This document shows, piece by piece, positions 11,970 through 24,778 of a stretch of 64,000 bases of DNA. The first letter of the stretch is position 1, and every line of letters begins with the position of its first letter. Both the position numbers and the translations under genes were made by a program. Origin of the DNA: Macrostomum hystrix (Eukaryota; Animalia; Platyhelminthes); contig CATNEN010000007.1 in NCBI GenBank assembly GCA_950097015.1, positions 11,098,001 to 11,162,000 on the forward strand. The letters are read 5' to 3'. A model generated the notes under the pieces. The model did no database searches and was not told where the DNA came from. It saw only the letters and a list, made by a program, of their open reading frames with translations.

Positions 11970-14900
11970 ATATGGGTCACAGTGGGTAGATGGGTCACAG
12001 TAGGCAGATGGTCACAGTGAGCAGATCGGTCACAGTGGGCAGATGCGTCACAGTAGGCAGATGGGTCACAGTAGGCAGATGGGTCACAGTAGGCAGATGG
12101 GTCACAGTAGGCAGATGGGTCACAGTAGGTAGATGGGTCACAGTAGGCAGATGGGTCACAGTAGGCAGATGGGTCACAGTAGGCAGATGGGTCACAGTAG
12201 GCAGATGGGTCACAGTAGGCAGATGGGTCACAGTAGGCAGATGGGTCACAGTAAGCAGATGGGTCACAGTAGGCAGATGGGTCACAGTAGGTAGATGGGT
12301 CACAGTAGGCAGATGGGTCACATTAGGCAGATGGGTCACAGTAGGCAGATGGGTCACAGTAGGTAGATGGGTCACAGTAGGCAGATGGGTCACAGTAGGT
12401 AGATGGGTCACATTAGGCAGATGGGTCACAGTAGGCAGATGGGTCACAGTAGGCAGATGGGTCACAGTAGGCAGATGGGTCACAGTAGGCAGATGGGTCA
12501 CAGTAGGCAGATGGGTCACAGTAGGCAGATAGTCACAGTAGGTAGATGGGTCACAGTAGGCAGATGGGTCACATTAGGCAGATGGGTCACAGTAGGCAGA
12601 TGGGTCACAGTAGGCAGATGGGTCACAGTAGGCAGATGGGTCACAGTAGGTAGATGGGTCACATTAGGCAGATGGGTCACAGTAGGCAGATGGGTCACAG
12701 TAGGCAGATGGGTCACAGTAGGCAGATGGGTCACAGTAGGCAGATGGGTCACAGTGGGAAGATGGGTCACAGTAGGCAGATGGGTCACAGTGGGCAGATG
12801 GGTCACAGTAGGCAGATAGTCACAGTGGGCAGATAGTCACAGTAGGCAGATGGGTCACAGTAGGCAGATGGGTCACAGTAGGCAGATAGTCACAGTAGGC
12901 AGATAGTCACAGTAGGCAGATGGGTCACAGTGGGCAGATGGGTCACAGTAGGCAGATAGTCACATTAGGCAGATGGGTCACAGTAGGCAGATGGGTCACA
13001 GTAGGCAGATGGGTCACAGTAGGCAGATAGTCACAGTAGGCAGATGGTCACAGAATGCAGATGGGTCACAGTGGGCAGATAGTCACAGTAGGCAGATGGT
13101 CACAGAATGCAGATGGGTCACAGTAGGCAGATGGGTCACAGTAGGCAGATGGGTCACAGTAGGTAGATGGGTCACAGTAGGCAGATGGGTCACATTAGGC
13201 AGATGGGTCACAGTAGGCAGATGGGTCACAGTAGGTAGATGGGTCACAGTAGGTAGATGGGTCACAGTAGGTAGATGGGTCACATTAGGCAGATGGGTCA
13301 CAGTAGGCAGATGGGTCACAGAATGCAGATGGGTCACAGTAGGCAGATGGGTCACAGTAGGCAGATGGGTCACATTAGGCAGATGGGTCACAGTAGGCAG
13401 ATGGGTCACAGTAGGTAGATGGGTCACAGTAGGTAGATGGGTCACAGTAGGTAGATGGGTCACATTAGGCAGATGGGTCACAGTAGGCAGATGGGTCACA
13501 GAATGCAGATGGGTCACAGTAGGCAGATGGGTCACAGTAGGCAGATGGGTCACAGTGGGCAGATGGGTCACAGTGGGCAGATGGGTCACAGTAGGCAGAT
13601 GGGTCACAGTAGGCAGATGGGTCACAGTAGGCAGATGGGTCACAGTAGGCAGATGGGTCACAGTAGGCAGATGGGTCACAGTAGGCAGATGGGTCACAGT
13701 AGGCAGATGGGTCACAGTAGGCAGATGGGTCACAGTAGGCAGATGGGTCACAGTAGGCAGATGGGTCACAGTAGGTAGATGGGTCACAGTAGGCAGATGG
13801 GTCACATTAGGCAGATGGGTCACAGTAGGCAGATGGGTCACAGTAGGTAGATGGGTCACAGTAGGCAGATGGGTCACAGTAGGTAGATGGGTCACATTAG
13901 GCAGATGGGTCACAGTAGGCAGATGGGTCACAGTAGGCAGATGGGTCACAGTAGGCAGATGGGTCACAGTAGGCAGATGGGTCACAGTGGGCAGATGGGT
14001 CACAGTAGGCAGATGGGTCACAGTGGGCAGATGGGTCACAGTAGGCAGATAGTCACAGTGGGCAGATAGTCACAGTAGGCAGATGGGTCACAGTAGGCAG
14101 ATGGGTCACAGTAGGCAGATAGTCACAGTAGGCAGATAGTCACAGTAGGCAGATGGGTCACAGTGGGCAGATGGGTCACAGTAGGCAGATAGTCACATTA
14201 GGCAGATGGGTCACAGAATGCAGATGGGTCACAGTGGGCAGATAGTCACAGTAGGCAGATGGTCACAGAATGCAGATGGGTCACAGTAGGCAGATGGGTC
14301 ACAGTAGGCAGATGGGTCACAGTAGGCAGATGGGTCACAGTAGGCAGATGGGTCACAGTAGGCAGATGGGTCACAGTGGGCAGATAGTCACAGTAGGCAG
14401 ATGGGTCACAGTAGGCAGATGGGTCACAGTAGGCAGATGGGTCACAGTAGGCAGATGGGTCACAGTAGGCAGATGGGTCACAGTAGGTAGATGGGTCACA
14501 GTGGGCAGATAGTCACAGTAGGCAGATGGGTCACAGTAGGCAGATGGGTCACAGTGGGCAGATGGGTCACAGTAGGCAGATGGTCACAGTGGGCAGATGG
14601 GTCACAGTGGGCAGATGGTCACAGAATGCAGATGGGTCACAGTAGGCAGATGGGTCACAGTAGGCAGATGGGTCACAGTAGGCAGATGGGTCACAGTAGG
14701 CAGATGGGTCACAGTAGGCAGATGGGTCACAGTGGGCAGATGGGTCACAGTAGGCAGATGGTCACAGAATGCAGATGGGTCACAGTGGGCAGATAGTCAC
14801 AGTAGGCAGATGGGTCACATTAGGCAGATGGGTCACAGTAGGCAGATGGGTCACAGTAGGCAGATGGGTCACAGTAGGCAGATGGTCACAGAATGCAGAT

Positions 14901-15140
14901 GGGTCACAGTGGGCAGATAGTCACAGTAGGCAGATGGTCACAGAATGCAGATGGGTCACAGTAGGCAGATGGGTCACAGTAGGCAGATGGGTCACAGTAG
15001 GCAGATGGTCACAGAATGCAGATGGGTCACAGTAGGCAGATGGGTCACAGTAGGCAGATGGGTCACAGTAGGCAGATGGGTCACAGTAGGCAGATGGGTC
15101 ACAGTAGGCAGATGGGTCACAGTAGGCAGATGGGTCACAG
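11970..15140. repeat. 18-bp satellite (GGGTCACAGTAGGCAGAT)n
   Basis: About 3.2 kb array with recurring variant units. Confidence 0.95.
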
Positions 15141-15312
15141 AAAATAATTGACACTACAGATTACTTCGGGTCTTGATCGCGGGCACATTGATTTGGGGAC
15201 CAACGAGAAATCAGAATTCAACAGGGCCTATTGAGAGTAGGATCCGGAAGCGCTCGATATATTTGGTTTGTATTGCAAGGTCGGCTAGCTGGGGTTCGCT
15301 CCACGCGTGTTC

Positions 15313-18300
15313 TCAGTGCGCCGAGGTCGTTACCGCAGCCGCGGCCGCCGCTGTTCCGGGAGACTCGGCGCAGGCGCATGCGGTGGGGTTCACGGAGTCG
15401 TCTGCTGGCGAAAGCGGCGTGTTGAGGAACGGCTGCAGGTGAATCTGCGGGGAGGCGGGCGACGGGGAGCTGATGCACCACTCTACCTGCACTGTGCTTG
15501 AGATACTGCCCTCCTGGCTTACCGCCTTCTGTACGTAAGACCTACTCCACCTTGACCTACTCCACCTTGACCTACTCCTCCTTGACCTACTCCTCCTTGA
15601 CCTACTCCACCTTGACCTACTCCTCCTTGACCTACTCCTCCTTGACCTACTCCTCCTTGACCTACTCCTCATTGACCTACTCCTCCTTGACCTACTCTAC
15701 CTTGACCTACTCCTCCTTGACCTACTCTACCTTGACCTACTCCTCCTTGACCTACTCTACCTTGACCTACTCCTCCTTGACCTACTCCTCCTTGACCTAC
15801 TCTACCTTGACCTACTCCTCCTTGACCTACTCTACCTTGACCTACTCCTCCTTGACCTACTCCTCCTTGACCTACTCTACCTTGACCTACTCCTCCTTGA
15901 CCTACTCCTCCTTGACCTACTCCTCATTGACCTACTCCTCCTTGACCTACTCCTCATTGACCTACTCTACCTTGACCTACTCCTCCTTGACCTACTCTAC
16001 CTTGACCTACTCCTCCTTGACCTACTCCTCCTTGACCTACTCTACCTTGACCTACTCCACCTTGACCTACTCCTCCTTGACCTACTCCTCCTTGACCTAC
16101 TCCTCCTTGACCTACTCCTCCTTGACCTACTCCTCCTTGACCTACTCCTCCTTAACCTACTCCTCCTTGACCTACTCCTCCTTGACCTACTCCTCCTTGA
16201 CCTACTCCTCCCTGACCTACTCTACCTTGACCTACTCTACCTTGACCTACTCTACCTTGACCTACTCCACCTTGACCTACTCCTCCTTGAACTACTCCAC
16301 CTTGACCTACTCCTCCTTGACCTACTCCTCCCTGACCTACTCTACCTTGACCTACTCCACCTTGACCTACTCCTCCTTGACCTACTCCTCCTTGACCTAC
16401 TCCTCCTTGACCTACTCCTCCTTGACCTACTCCTCCTTAACCTACTCCTCCTTGACCTACTCCTCCTTGACCTACTCCTCCTTGACCTACTCCTCCTTGA
16501 CCTACTCCTCCCTGACCTACTCCACCTTGACCTACTCCTCCTTGACCTACTCCTCCTTGACCTACTCCTCCTTGACCTACTCCTCCCTGACCTACTCTAC
16601 CTTGACCTACTCTACCTTGACCTACTCTACCTTGACCTACTCCACCTTGACCTACTCCTCCTTGACCTACTCCTCCTTGACCTACTCCTCATTGACCTAC
16701 TCTACCTTGACCTACTCCTCCTTGACCTACTCCTCCTTGACCTACTCCTCCTTGACCTACTCTACCTTGACCTACTCTACCTTGACCTACTCTACCTTGA
16801 CCTACTCCACCTTGACCTACTCCTCCTTGACCTACTCCACCTTGATTTACTCCTCCTTGACTTGACCACCTTGAACTAGTAACTCTATCATTGACCTACT
16901 CAATCCTAGACCTATACTTGAGTATACTAGAGTATACTAGACCAAATGTAGCTCTCTAAATTCGCTAATTTTGCCTACTTTTAAATATACAGTCAATTAG
17001 TCACTGTGCCGTCAGCTACATTACACAGCCGACCTTAGCAACTGTCGAGTCTGAAGTCGGAAAAGGGAGGACAAATCTTTCAGCTCACCTGCAGGTGCAG
17101 GTTTACTTCGCTGGCCCGGCTAAGATAGGGGAAATTGCCTCCGCTTTTCAGGTGGGCCCGCTTAGCGTCCGGGTAGCACTTGTAGGTCTCCTCGCGGACT
17201 CGGGTTGTCAGCGCGTTGTCATCAAACACCTGCGAGTATGGCGAGTAGAATGTCAAATATTTCCTGCATTCCCTGCGCTAACCATGCTACTAGCAGCCCA
17301 GGCGAGTAGTATGAGCAGCAAATCAAACATAAAATGCCACTCACATCAATGAGCGTGACTGGCAGGCCCTGCAGCTTGTGCGGCTCTACATAGTCATCCT
17401 GGCAGTTGAGGGTGAGGCGGCTTGCCAACTGCTGCTGGCTGAGACGGTGCAGGGTGTGGTTCAGGAACAGCATTGAGTCCACGATCTCACGGTCGCGCGA
17501 GGTGATGCTGCTGAGGTTGTGCATCACCGTTGTGCGCAGAACCACCGCCGGCAGCAGCCAGAAACTGCGGACCAGAAGCGGAGGACTGAGTTGTACAACT
17601 CGGCTACCCCGACTACTCAGACTACCACCAACAACTCAGGCTACCCCCAACAACTCAGGCTACCCTAAACAACTCAGGCTACCCTAAACAACTCAGGCTA
17701 CCCCCAACAACTCAGGCTACCCCCAACAACTCAGGCTACCTCCCAACAACTCAGGCTACCCTAAACAACTCAGGCTACCCTAAACAACTCAGGCTACCCT
17801 AAACAACCCAGGCTACCCTAAACAACTCAGGCTACCCTAAACAACTCAGGCTACCCCCAACAACTCAGGCTACCTCCCAACAACTCAGGCTACCCCCAAC
17901 AACTCAGGCTACCCCCAGCAACCAACTCAGACTATCCCCAAAAACTCAGGCTAACCCTCAGACTATCCCCAAAAACTCAGGATACCCCTCAGGCAACCCC
18001 CAGAGCACAGGCTTCACTACAGAAAAGCCATGCCTGAACCCAGGAACTCACGACTTGACGGAGCTGGTCTGCTGGAAGATGGACGTCTCCACGAAGGAGT
18101 TGCAGAGCACCAGAGAGGCGACCCGCCGGGCCCGGCAGTGCTCCTGCTCGGCGAACTTCTGCGCCAGGAAGCCGCCGAGGCTGGCGCCAAGCACGTGCAC
18201 CTGCGCCAAGCCCAGGTGGTCCAGCAGCCGCTGAAAGCTCAGGCACCAGTCAGCCAGGCTCCACACCACCGGATAGTCCAGCGCGATGACGCGGAAGCCG

Positions 18301-19270
18301 AAACTGGTCAGGTACAGCACCTGGCGGAAGAACACCTGGAGCAGGAGTGAACGGCTAATTTAGCAAGAATAATAATCTATGTTTATTTGTACGAGGAAAC
18401 TGGTGAAACTACAGGGACAATGCTGCAGAAACAGCTGAAACTGCAGGGACAATGCTGCAGAAACAGGTGAAACTGCAGGGACAATGCTGCAGAAACAGGT
18501 GAAACTACAGGGACAATGCTGCAGAAACAGGTGAAACTGCAGGGACAATGCTGCAGAAACAGGTGAAACTACAGGGACAATGCTGCAGAAACAGGTGAAA
18601 CTGCAGGGACAATGCTGCAGAAACAGGTGAAACTACAGGGACAATGCTGCAGAAACAGCTGAAACTACAGGGACAATGCTGCAGAAACAGGTGAAACTAC
18701 AGGGACAATGCTGCAGAAACAGCTGAAACTACAGGGACAATGCTGCAGAAACAGCTGAAACTACAGGGACAATGCTGCAGAAACAGGTGAAACTACAGGG
18801 ACAATGCTGCAGAAACAGCTGAAACTACAGGGACAATGCTGCAGAAACAGCTGAAACTACAGGGACAATGCTGCAGAAACAGCTGAAACTACAGGGACAA
18901 TGCTGCAGAAACAGCTGAAACTACAGGGACAATGCTGCAGAAACAGCTGAAACTACAGGGACAATGCTGCAGAAACAGCTGAAACTACAGGGACTATGCT
19001 GCAGAAACAGGTGAAACTGCGAACCTCGGCAGTGCCGGAGCAGGGCGGCAGGCAGACCAGCGGGCAGCGCACTTGCCGCGGTCCGGCATCGTACATGCTC
19101 CACTCCATTGAGTCGTCGTCGTCAACTACAACGCGACGATGCGCGACAGCGCTGCGGAAGCCGAGGTACTCATCGGAGCGGAGGATGCCGCAGTTGGCGG
19201 CCGCAGCCGCAGCAGCCGCGTTGCTAGCGGATGCGGAGCTGGCGGCGCTGCCGGGGGCTCTGGAGGACAT
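15313..19270 (-). CDS. SPG21: Maspardin (alpha/beta-hydrolase fold)
   Basis: Exons 19270-19025, 18335-18052, 17564-17345, 17229-17089, 15444-15313. VVVDDDDS...[36 protein letters not shown] and [20 protein letters not shown] match maspardin. Confidence 0.95.
15540..16865. repeat. 15-bp minisatellite (CTTGACCTACTCCTC)n, SPG21 last intron
   Basis: About 88 copies. Confidence 0.95.
17625..17995. repeat. 19-20 bp minisatellite (AACAACTCAGGCTACCCTA)n, SPG21 intron 2
   Basis: Tandem copies, degenerate toward the right end. Confidence 0.9.
18396..19020. repeat. 32-bp minisatellite (GAAACTACAGGGACAATGCTGCAGAAACAGCT)n, SPG21 intron 1
   Basis: About 19 copies starting 4 nt into the intron. Confidence 0.95.
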
Positions 19271-20059
19271 GAGGCTGCTGCTGCAATGCACGGGTTCAAG
19301 TCGATGACATCTTGGCTTGAAAGTAAATGCTATTTGCTAATTTCCCATTAACCTAACAACAGGCCTCACAAACAAAACATTTTCTGTTCCATAACATTCA
19401 GACTTATAACCCAGATTTCAGGCTTTGCAAAACTAATAGGCCCTATAAATCCCAAAATTCTCCATTTTTGAGACACGGACTGACTATGTAGATCATACAA
19501 ATAATATAATCATCACTAACGATATAAAACATCCAGGTAAAATGATAGACAAAACATTACTGCTGCAGCGCCAATTTTCGTCGTTCTTTATTTAAAAAGG
19601 CTGATAAGAAATTAATAAGCAATTCATAAAAAAACTTAACCAATCAAAAGAAACGCCTATTACAGCAGTGCATGGCATTGCAAAAGTTGAACAGTTTCGG
19701 TGTGCGCTACTAGCAGTAGCAAGATATGCGCAGTTAAGTAATTTTTAGCTAGAATATAATCGGAACCTAGAATTCATGTGCGATCACTTGTTAAATCCTC
19801 AATCATTGTCGTGTTGGATAACAATTTCAGACTCGTACTAGACAAAGCCATGACCAAAGGCCGACTAATTAGCAAGCAAATTTTTTTTACTCTTTAGATT
19901 AACAATTAGGCTTGACAAGCATCAGAAGGCAAAAATGCTAAGGTCACAAGGTAGTCAGAAATAGGTTATGCGGATACTGGTTAGACTAGGGTGGACCTTC
20001 AGGACAGACCAGACCGGTGTCTGGCGGTGTCCCCGCTGGCTGCTCAACTCCAGACTGCG

Positions 20060-20746
20060 CTAGTTGTTTACCGCAGCGGCGGAAGCGGCCGCGGAGCAGA
20101 GCCAGTCAGCGCCAAGCAGCGCCAGCACGTAGGTGGCGCCCAGACAGACCACGAAGCACAGGCAGCCAAGCATGCGGGCCAGCAGCACAGCATACGGCCG
20201 CAGGTCCGGACGCAGCCAGGCCAGGAAGTACAGCAGCTGGCAGAGCAGGCCCGGGCAGAAGCACTCCAGTGATGCCAGGTGGCCAGTCATGGTCACGGCC
20301 AGGTGGAGCAGGTTCACGGCTAGAAAGGCCGGCCACAGAGAGTCGGCAAGGGCCGTGGCGCCCAGGTAGCGCTTGTCGGCCCATAGCAGCAGGCCGGCCG
20401 TTAGTGTGGCCAGGGTGAAGCCGACGTGAATCTTGCGCGGCGAGACGGAGAAGCTGGCGCTCAACGACGCTGACGGCGGGGCGGCTATAGAGGTTGCCGG
20501 CTTTACTTCATCGTTTGACAGCTTTTGAGCAGCTGAGGACGCCGACTCTGAGCTGTTCGCGAAGCTGGGCAGGTCGGCCGGGTCGCCGTGCCTGGCCTCG
20601 ACTCCCTCGATGCGACGAAGGCGGCTCTCAGCACTGGCCAGAATTCGTTCGGCCCGTCTGCGCCGGCGCAGCTCGGCCTCTGATTCGTCGAACGCTGATT
20701 GGTCAGGAGCTGATTGGTTAGTGTCTGATTGGACGTGCGCATCCAT
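20060..20746 (-). CDS. Probable CAML/Get2-like ER tail-anchored-protein insertase subunit (intronless, about 228 aa)
   Basis: N-terminal basic helix AELRRRRRAERILASAESRLRRIEG resembles the Get3/TRC40-binding motif of CAML/Get2. It is followed by an S/A/P-rich linker and several C-terminal hydrophobic segments. Codons are GC3-rich. Confidence 0.7.
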   Translation of the reverse strand: MDAHVQSDTNQSAPDQSAFDESEAELRRRRRAERILASAESRLRRIEGVEARHGDPADLPSFANSSESASSAAQKLSNDEVKPATSIAAPPSASLSASFSVSPRKIHVGFTLATLTAGLLLWADKRYLGATALADSLWPAFLAVNLLHLAVTMTGHLASLECFCPGLLCQLLYFLAWLRPDLRPYAVLLARMLGCLCFVVCLGATYVLALLGADWLCSAAASAAAVNN

Positions 20747-20961
20747 TTCAGTCAACACTTAGCAAGCTACAAAGCAAACTGCAACGGGGCAATACAAGAA
20801 AAAAACGTAGAAAGTGTCCTACCTGTTCACATGCAAAAATATTACGATATAAACTGGCTAGTGTAGCAACTTACTAAATTTATTCATCTTGGCAAGAAAA
20901 ATGGCAAAAATTAATTCTACGTTTTTTAATAGGACTCTAGAATAAAGAGAATTTCTACCCA

Positions 20962-21061
20962 GCCAGATATACAGCCAGTGACACAGCCGCAGCTATTGTG
21001 GTTATAAGCTTCCTAAGGCTGTGCACAGCTAGCTGTTCAGTCCATGTACTGGGGAGGCCAC
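20962..21061 (-). mobile_element. 3' fragment of the SINE family at 24476-24778
   Basis: Reverse complement GTGGCCTCCCCAGTACATGGACTGAACAGC...CACAGCCTT...ATCTGGC aligns with 24637-24731. Confidence 0.7.
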
Positions 21062-23324
21062 TCAATATAGCCACCCGATTTTCAACTGAATCTTACGATT
21101 ACATTGATCAGTGGCCTCTGAAAAATACTGATATACTTAGTCACTAACTATAGAGTCAATCCTTTTTTGGCTAGATGCAGTTTGTATCAGCAAAAGCTAC
21201 AAGGAATCGATTGAGCCTAAAACCATGGCAAGTACAAGTGAATTGCTGACTGTGGCCAATTTTTGCTACTATCTATCCCCATCGAAAGGACTGGGGGTCT
21301 ATGCAGATGGCATCCTGAGAACACAAGTAAATATATTGAGCATGCTAATTGACATGCCTATGCACCTAGGATCAAAGACTCAAGGTTTGCCTACACTCCT
21401 ATGCACTAGACAGGGTGTCAATTATAAAGTCATTTTATAAATGACTTTATAAAGTCATTAAAGTGACTTAATTATAGTCATAGACAGATGATGGCTAGTC
21501 ATCATTTACATTTTAAATTTAGATTTTAATTTTATCAATAAAGATTTGCAAAAGCAGATTTTCATGTGCTGATCAAATTATCAACTAGACCTAGTAAGTA
21601 ATATAGCTAATAATATTAAGCAATAGCTAAACTAAAATATTGAAAAATGTATTTTTCATCAACTTAAACAACAATAGCTTACCCAAGTGTTTTAGACTTA
21701 AAATTTTTTTTTGGACAAAGCTGACATCATACTAGGCCTAGCCACTTAAATCGTAGCTACGAATTAAACAAACAAATAGTTATCCATCTGTTTTGCTTGA
21801 AAACAATAAGTTATAACTTTATAACCCTAATAAGTCAACTGATTATAAGTCTACATGAATAAACATGTAGGCATATTATTAATTTTACATACAAAAACAA
21901 AACTGTATGCTATCACATCTTGGTCATGGCCTGAAAAATAAAATGGTAGAATGTACTAAGATAGAAAAGTATAAAGAATATATGTATCAATAAAATTATA
22001 TGAAAATAATTTTCGTAAATTCTGTAAATATACAACATACTATATAATCATTTTCTGGGCAGTTAACGATACAAAAAAGGACGAAAAACATGACTTTCCT
22101 AGCTGCAGCAACGAGCATGGCCATTCCTTTTTTAGTACAATGATAAGTTTTGGCTTAAAGTAAAAGGAAATAAAAAGCATAGCATGGACTCAACACTGCA
22201 GCACTTCGCATATAGTTAAAACAATAGCAAGTAATAATTTTATGGCGCCAAAAAGCACTAAACGACTCGGCCGTATGGATAATAGTGGGGACATTTGCTG
22301 TGCCTGTTGCTTTAAAATGACTGATTGAATCCTAGAAATCGATAAGTTAGATAAAGTTAAACTTTTAGTTTACAAAGATTAACAAAACTGCTCGATTTAC
22401 AGTAGAAGAAAAGTTGACTAAGTGCACGAAAAATATTTGCGTCACGACAATAAATATGGAAAATACTACTGTACTGATTTGAGCTTCGCGCTCTAAATCA
22501 AGAGGTCTCAAGATCGAATCTGATGGGTTTGCGGCCCCGATGCCAGACTATTGCCTATCTGGCTCAGGTGTGATTTCTATCTTGATATTTGTATTTTTCT
22601 AAAGCTATCAAAATAAGCTTGAACTTGGGGAAGAGCTTAAATGATCATTATAGTCCGTCTCGCTATTTTGTGAATATGTCTTTTGTGTCTGCTTCGTGTT
22701 CAACTGATCAGTTGCTATTTGCAAACGTACATTTCTGATTATAGTTTTAGTCGACGCTAGTATTGCAAATTGTCACTGAAATAGTCGTTTATGTCGTTTG
22801 CCTCTAGACTTTTAATGTGAAAAAAATTGAGTCTACCTTTATCCTTCGGCTAAAGCAATTTTAATTCCTGTTGTCTCTGATTGATAGTGGAGCAGACCCG
22901 AACCCCCGGTATTGATCCTGTATTGATCATGCAGCTCTGAGAAGTTTAAAGTTCGCATTTAACTTTTTAACAAAGCCCAACAATTAAACATTTTTGTTCC
23001 TTGCCTGAAGACTTCAAATTTTTGTTGGCGCATCGGGTCCCCACCCAAAAGAACAAGCTGCTACTTCGAACCCATGACTTTTCATTACTTGCTAAATCAT
23101 GCACGCACTTGTCTACAATCGTAGTGGCCAGTTCACACATTGTGTGTCATTCAGTAGAACAGTTGGCCATAATGCAGCAACGCTTCTGCTTTCTGATTTC
23201 CGCCTTCTAGGCACGATCGCTGGACAAAGCTAGTATTGTCACCCACGAAACAATAAGCCAGCGCAGATAAGCTGCCGACACATGCCAGCCTTCCCATCCG
23301 ATCCGGCCCTGAGCGCCATGGCAA

Positions 23325-23334
23325 CATAAATTGG
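23325..23334 (+). promoter_or_regulatory. TATA-like element CATAAATTGG upstream of protease 1
   Basis: The same 10-mer lies 56 nt before the ATG of both protease paralogs (second copy at 25942) while surrounding sequence differs. Confidence 0.55.
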
Positions 23335-23380
23335 AGTGCCGCAGCAGCCGGAGGGAGCAAGACTCAGACCAGCATAGACC

Positions 23381-24161
23381 ATGCTGAAGCTGCTCGTTGT
23401 CGCCTGCGCCCTCGGCGTGGCCTCGGCCATGCCTGACCCGTACGTCCTGTACGGCAAAACCGCTACTCAGGGCCAGTTCCCGTTCGTCGGCTGGCTCTCG
23501 ACCTGCACCGCCTCCATCCTGGACAGCCGCACCGTCCTCACCGCCGGCCACTGCGTGTGCCGCTCCAAGCCGACCTCCGTCCTGTTCGGCGCCGTGCAGG
23601 GCAGCAACCCGGAGTCTGGCTCCCAGAGGTACACCCTGGACACCAACCGCCAGGTCATCCACCCGCGCTACACCAGCTGCGGCACCATCGGCAAGTGAGT
23701 TCACGGGCCCGAGGGCCGCTGGCATGGGGCACCATTCAAAAACCGATGCAAAATCCACCCACCCGCACTTAACCCGCAGGGACGACATCGCCATCCTGAA
23801 GACCAACTCGCCGATCTCCTTCACCGGTGTTATCAGCGCCATCCCGCTGCACACCGCCGCCACCACCGTCGGCCAGAGCATCACCATCTCCGGCTACGGC
23901 CAGGATGAGAACGGCCGCAGTGGAGTTCTGAAATACGCCACCAGCTCCGTGGCGACTTGCAGGCGCTTCATCGGCGCCGTCTGCCAGTCGATGAGCCCGA
24001 ACAGCCCGTACTACGGTGACAGCGGTGGCCCGCTGTTCGTCACCGTGAACGGCCAGAACCGCCAGGTCGGAGTCGTGTCCGGCGGTGACTTCACCAACAA
24101 CCAGGCCATCTACGGCAACGTGTTCGACAACCTCAGCTTCATCCGCCAGTACATGGGTTAA
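23381..24161 (+). CDS. Secreted S1 (chymotrypsin-fold) serine protease, paralog 1
   Basis: Exons 23381-23694 and 23780-24161 (85-nt intron). Signal peptide MLKLLVVACALGVASA. Triad motifs TAGHC, DDIAIL and GDSGGP are intact. Confidence 0.93.
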
Positions 24162-24475
24162 GCGTGAGGGTGCAGCGCACCTCTGTGTTATCGAGAAGTT
24201 TGCTGAAATATATTGGCTTGTGAGGTGAAGCAACTCGCTGCAGAACTGCGAGAAAGCCTGTAATTACAGCCGACTTGAGAACATTTTTTCGCCAAGCTAA
24301 TTGGCGAGGAATCGATCATTACAGGATTTTCTGAGATCAGTGCCTAGGGCAGTTACCCTATGCGATTCCGCTGATAAGTTAACGAGATACATCGTAATTA
24401 TTATTAGACTTAATTTGTAGGTAGGAGTTGCAGGTGCAGAAACGTGCAGGAATCAATTGCACGTGCAGGAAATAT

Positions 24476-24778
24476 TGTAGCCTAGTGGTTAGAGCGTCAG
24501 ACTCACGTATTGAAGGTCAAGGGTTCGATTACCAACTCCACTGGAACAATTTGTGTCCTTTAGCAAGACTCTTAACTCTGGATTCCTTCAGTTCACCCAG
24601 CTGTATGGTACCCATACTGGGTAATTAAGGGTGGGTGTGGCCTCCCCCCAGTCCATGGACTGAACAGCCGTACACAGCCTTCAGATGCGCCGCGCAATTG
24701 CTGCCGCTATGCTGCCAGCTGCACATCTGGCAAATTATGCAGCTGTAATCAATTATCATTGTTATTAGTAATTATACT
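24476..24778 (+). mobile_element. tRNA-derived SINE
   Basis: Pol III box A TAGCCTAGTGG and box B GGTTCGATT, then a CORE-like TGTGTCCTTTAGCAAGACTCTTAAC, then an ATT-rich tail. A second partial copy is at 20962-21061. Confidence 0.75.

Noticed and set aside
11990-16865. VTVGRW, THLPTV and LTYSS repeat ORFs
   Set aside because: These are 18-bp and 15-bp satellites with unit length divisible by 3. The latter lies in an SPG21 intron on the opposite strand.
21422-21452. 14-bp-arm palindrome TTATAAAGTCATTT-TAT-AAATGACTTTATAA
   Set aside because: Isolated AT-rich inverted duplication with no TSD or other supporting context
24476-24545. Possible tRNA gene
   Set aside because: It has A and B boxes but no closable acceptor stem, and it continues into a SINE body
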